From: Candidatus Marinacidobacterium sp.
GTDB lineage: Bacteria; Acidobacteriota; Vicinamibacteria; Marinacidobacterales; Marinacidobacteraceae
DNA length: 64,000 nucleotides
Direction of reading: 5' to 3'
NCBI GenBank assembly: GCA_965204755.1
Contig: OZ242011.1
Location: forward strand, 416,001 to 480,000
Shown in pieces: positions 60,668 through 64,000 of this stretch. Under the pieces are notes generated by a model. It had not been told where the DNA came from, made no database searches, and was given only the letters and a program-made list of their open reading frames with translations. Each line of letters opens with the position of its first letter. Position 1 is the first letter of the stretch. Both the position numbers and the translations under genes were made by a program.

Positions 60668-60916
60668 CATCAACTATCAGGAGATGGCATATATACATGG
60701 CTACACCGTTGACTCGATCCTGCCGCAACGATCCGTAGGTCAACGACTTATCTCGAAACCCGGCTGGAACTTCCGGCTAACGCTCGCCGCTCGGAAGAAC
60801 CGAGTCCTTTTTCGGGTTGCCAGGCACCCCTCACCGCATCAGCGGAAGCGTAGAGGAGGACGGCCCTTGGGCGGATAGTAGCCCGGCGTCGCGATCGGCG
60901 GCGGGCCGGCTGACGG

Positions 60917-61516
60917 TCAGGCTTCGTCGGGTTCCGGTTTCGTTTCCGCGGGGTCCTTCGCGGCGTCGGGACGGCGGAGGGCGCCGTCGACGCCGGAGTC
61001 GCGTTCCAGGACGCGGCCGTAGAGCCAGAGGAGGTCGGAGAGGCGGTTCACGAAGGCGAGGGTCTCCGGGGACGGAGCGGCGGCCTCGCCGCTCTCCGCC
61101 AGGCGGAAGAGGGCGCGTTCGGCGCGGCGGCAAGCCGTCCGGGCGAGATCGAACGCCGCCGCCGCCGTGTGGCCGCCGGGGAGCGCCCAGTCGGAGAGCA
61201 TCCCCTCGCGGGATTCGAGGCGGCGCACCTCGTCGGTGACTTCGGCGACGGCCTCCGCCGGGACGCCGCGGGCGCCGGCGGCCGGTTCGGCGGATGCCGG
61301 GGCGCCGATGGAGGCGGAGACCCCGAACAGCAGTCGCTGCAGGTCTTCGGCGCGGCGGCGGATCTCCGGCGAGGGCGCGAGGGAGCGGGCGAAGCCGATC
61401 GCGGAGACCAACTCGTCGAGGGCGCCGAGCGCTTCGACGGCGGCGGACGCCTTCGACACCCGGCGGTCGCCGAGTTGCGTCCGGCCGGTGTCCCCGAGCG
61501 TCGTGGAGATGCTCAC
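60917..61516 (-). CDS. PduO-type cob(I)alamin adenosyltransferase
   Basis: TTLGDTGRT, EALGALDEL, RTACRRAER, NRLSDLLW. Confidence 0.9.
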   Translation of the reverse strand: MSISTTLGDTGRTQLGDRRVSKASAAVEALGALDELVSAIGFARSLAPSPEIRRRAEDLQRLLFGVSASIGAPASAEPAAGARGVPAEAVAEVTDEVRRLESREGMLSDWALPGGHTAAAAFDLARTACRRAERALFRLAESGEAAAPSPETLAFVNRLSDLLWLYGRVLERDSGVDGALRRPDAAKDPAETKPEPDEA

Positions 61517-61556
61517 GGCGCCCTCCGGACCGCGGAGCGCCGGCGCGAGCGGCTCG

Positions 61557-63995
61557 TCACCGGCCCCGCCATTCCAGCCGGACGCGCGCGGCCCGGCCGA
61601 GCGGGCGGAAACCGCCGCTCTGGTAGGCGCCGTCGTCGAAGGCGTCCTCGACCACCGCGCGCAGCGTGAGCCCGGGGACGACTTCGAAGGAGGCCGCGAG
61701 GTCCAGCCGGCGCATTCCGGAGAAGCGGAAAACGCGGGTGGCGAAGGTCTCCGGATCGAAGACCGGCGCGTGGAGGGCGGAGGAGAGGTGGAGGTCCGCC
61801 GACCAGGCGAAGCGGGCCGACGGCGCGCCGGAGAGGAGCGCCCCGCCCTGGTGGAGCGGCAGCAGCCAGGCCGAAGGCAGTTCCGGCGGGGCGCCCTCCG
61901 GGGGGTCGGCGGCGGTGCGGGTGTAGGTCAGCCGGGCGCGGACCCGGCCCGGCAGGGCGAAGCCGAAGTCCGTCTCGAAGCCGCGCGCGGTCCCGGCGGA
62001 GTCGTTCCGGTAGCCCCCGGTCCGCCCGAAGGGGTCCGCCGCCGGGTCGAAGGAGCCGAAGGCGATGACCTGCGGGCGGCGGGAGTGGAACGCGGCGGCC
62101 CGAAGGCGCGCCCCGCCGTCCGCCGACTCCCAGGCGAAGCCGGCGTCCGTCGCGGAGGCGCGCTCCGGTTCGAGCGTCGGGTCGCCGAACACCGAGTAGC
62201 CGAACGCGGAGTACCAGGTCCCGAACCGCTCGTAGAGCGAGGGGGCGCGAAACCCCCGGCCCCAGGAGGCGTGGAGCGAGAGCCCGGGGCCGGCGGCGAC
62301 GGTGGCGGAGGCATCGGCGGTGAGGGCGGCGGCGCCCGGCGGCGGGACGGCGCCGGAGTAGGGGCTGCCCTCCCGGGGTTCGAGTTCCGGCGCCGCCGTG
62401 CGGAACCGGTGGAGGCGCAGCGCGCCCCGGAGCGAGGCGCGCCCCCCCGGCGTCCTCGCCTCCCCCTGGGCGAAGGCGGCGAGCGCGGACTGGCGCAGCC
62501 GGGCGGAGAACGCCGGATCCTCCGTCCGGGCGCGCTCCTGCTCCGCCTCGCCGCCGAGGAGCCAGCGGTAGGCGCCGCGGGCGACCTCGATCCGGGCGGC
62601 GCCGGAGCGGAGGCCGCCGGCGTAGGAGATCGTCTGCGCCTCCGGCGGGTCCCACGGGTTCCGGCCGGCCGGGCCGTCGGTGTTCTTCCGCCGCGTGGCC
62701 AAGTCGTGGAAGCGAAGGGTCCACGAGACATTCGGCGTCGGGTCGGCGGAGAGGGAGACCAGCGTGGAGAGCAGCCGCGTCCCCTGGACGGCGTCCGGGT
62801 CGGCCGCCGCCGGAATGAAGGTCGCGGAGCCGAAGTCCAGCGAGTCGGCGGACTCGCCCGCGTCGTAGCGCCGGAGGACTCCGGGAGCCGGGGCGGCCGC
62901 GGCGACGACGCCGGTCGCCGGGGCGGCGAACGGGAACGGCTCGTCGGAGAGTCCCACCTCGGCGTCCGAGAAGAAGGCCCGGCCCGAGAGACGGAGGCCG
63001 GAGGAGAACCGGCGGCCGAGGCGCAGGCCCGCCGTCCGGTTGCGGAACCGGTCGTCGCCGGTGGCGCCGTCCGAAACCCGGCGTTCGCCGAAGGAGGCGA
63101 ACACGCCGCCGCGCGGGCCGCCGGCGCCCCACTCCCCGGCGCCGGCCGCCTGCCCCGCGGTTCCGAGTTCGGCGAACAGCCGGCCGCCCTCCCCGCGGGC
63201 GCCCCGGCGGGTGACGACCTGCAGGACGCCGCCCATGGCGTTCGTGCCGTAGAGGGTGGCTCCGCCGCCCCGGCGGAGTTCCAGCCGCGCCACCCCCAGC
63301 AGGTCGAGCGACGGGAGGAGCGCCGCGCTGTCGCCGGTGATCGAGGCGGTGTCCCGGAGCGGCGCGCCGTCCACCACGACGGCGGTGGCGGAACCGGGGA
63401 GCCCGCGGACCTGGAGTTCGGCCACGGTTCCCGGCCCGCCGGTCTGCCGGAGCCAGACCCCGGCGAGGCCGCGCAGCGCCTCGACCGCCGCCCACTCCCC
63501 GCGGCCCCGCAGTTCGGCCGCGGTCAGGGCGTCCACCGACTGCCCGGACTCGCGCTCCGCCCGGGGAGCGAGGGCCGCGGAGACGACGACCGACTCCCGA
63601 TGCGCGGCGAAGCGCAGGACGAGTTCCACCGGGGGCCCGCCGGAGCGGTGGTCGGCCTCCACCGGCGAGGCGGCGGTGTCGCCGAGGGACGCCGACAGGA
63701 GGTAGCGGGCGGGCGGGAGGTCGGGGAACGCGGCGGCGCCGCTCCCGTCGGTGAGGGCGGCGGCGCGCTCCCCGCCGAGCACGGCGTCCGCGAAGACCCG
63801 GGCCCCGGCGGCGGGACGGCCGGCGGAGTCCCGGACGACCACGATGAGCGCGTCGGTAAGCGCGTCGGGGAGCGCGCCGGGAGCCGACTGCGCCGGCGCG
63901 GCGGCGGCCGCACCCGGGAGGGCGAGCGCGAAGAGGACCGCGCCGCCCCGGCGGCGCGGGAGGGAGAAGAAGCGCCCGAGAGGGTGCTGACGCAT
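61557..63995 (-). CDS. TonB-dependent receptor, probably BtuB-like cobalamin importer
   Basis: Carboxypeptidase-regulatory-like N-domain, ESVVVSA TonB-box-like motif, plug (VRG..VVVDG, LYGTNAMGGV), FRAPSLYE; directly upstream of the adenosyltransferase. Confidence 0.8.
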   Translation of the reverse strand: MRQHPLGRFFSLPRRRGGAVLFALALPGAAAAAPAQSAPGALPDALTDALIVVVRDSAGRPAAGARVFADAVLGGERAAALTDGSGAAAFPDLPPARYLLSASLGDTAASPVEADHRSGGPPVELVLRFAAHRESVVVSAALAPRAERESGQSVDALTAAELRGRGEWAAVEALRGLAGVWLRQTGGPGTVAELQVRGLPGSATAVVVDGAPLRDTASITGDSAALLPSLDLLGVARLELRRGGGATLYGTNAMGGVLQVVTRRGARGEGGRLFAELGTAGQAAGAGEWGAGGPRGGVFASFGERRVSDGATGDDRFRNRTAGLRLGRRFSSGLRLSGRAFFSDAEVGLSDEPFPFAAPATGVVAAAAPAPGVLRRYDAGESADSLDFGSATFIPAAADPDAVQGTRLLSTLVSLSADPTPNVSWTLRFHDLATRRKNTDGPAGRNPWDPPEAQTISYAGGLRSGAARIEVARGAYRWLLGGEAEQERARTEDPAFSARLRQSALAAFAQGEARTPGGRASLRGALRLHRFRTAAPELEPREGSPYSGAVPPPGAAALTADASATVAAGPGLSLHASWGRGFRAPSLYERFGTWYSAFGYSVFGDPTLEPERASATDAGFAWESADGGARLRAAAFHSRRPQVIAFGSFDPAADPFGRTGGYRNDSAGTARGFETDFGFALPGRVRARLTYTRTAADPPEGAPPELPSAWLLPLHQGGALLSGAPSARFAWSADLHLSSALHAPVFDPETFATRVFRFSGMRRLDLAASFEVVPGLTLRAVVEDAFDDGAYQSGGFRPLGRAARVRLEWRGR

Positions 63996-64000
63996 GGAGA

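Larger units (their letters stand above)
58816..60776 (-). mobile_element. Intact IS1634-family insertion sequence
   Basis: Perfect 12-bp IRs CCGGAAGTTCCA / TGGAACTTCCGG; 4-bp target duplication CTAA (58812-58815, 60777-60780). Confidence 0.93.
58764..60886 (+). repeat. Repeat unit 2 of the structured element (58764-58815 + 60781-60886), interrupted by IS1634
   Basis: Removing the IS and one CTAA regenerates a near-identical copy of 58561-58718. Confidence 0.85.

Overview
High-GC bacterial chromosomal segment. It is probably Acidobacteriota; this is inferred from a GWxTD protein, carboxypeptidase-regulatory-domain TonB receptors and an adaptor+ABC-ATPase pair lacking its permease. Most of the window is housekeeping or envelope genes (bshA, apaG, PBP1A, lemA/TPM, lon, tsaC, xerD, murJ, hsp20, gap, pduO-type adenosyltransferase, btuB-like receptor) plus secreted hydrolases. 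Three accessory zones stand out. (1) ~20.9-29.7 kb is a field of IS remnants. It holds an orphan double-glycine-leader peptide with a 12-Cys (TCxx)n core, and two fic copies bracketing two lipoprotein genes. (2) 37.4-41.5 kb is a tandemly duplicated ABC-type ATPase + TOPRIM/DUF4276-like pair (putative defence module). Its first nuclease copy is frameshifted by a 13-bp x3 repeat. (3) 57.9-60.9 kb is a stand-alone PBECR/RelE-like putative RNase followed directly by two copies of a ~158-nt multi-hairpin, potentially pseudoknotted element, the second split by an intact IS1634. Zone 3 is a candidate RNase + RNA-antitoxin system and is my top pick. All family calls come from motif recognition by eye; no searches were run.
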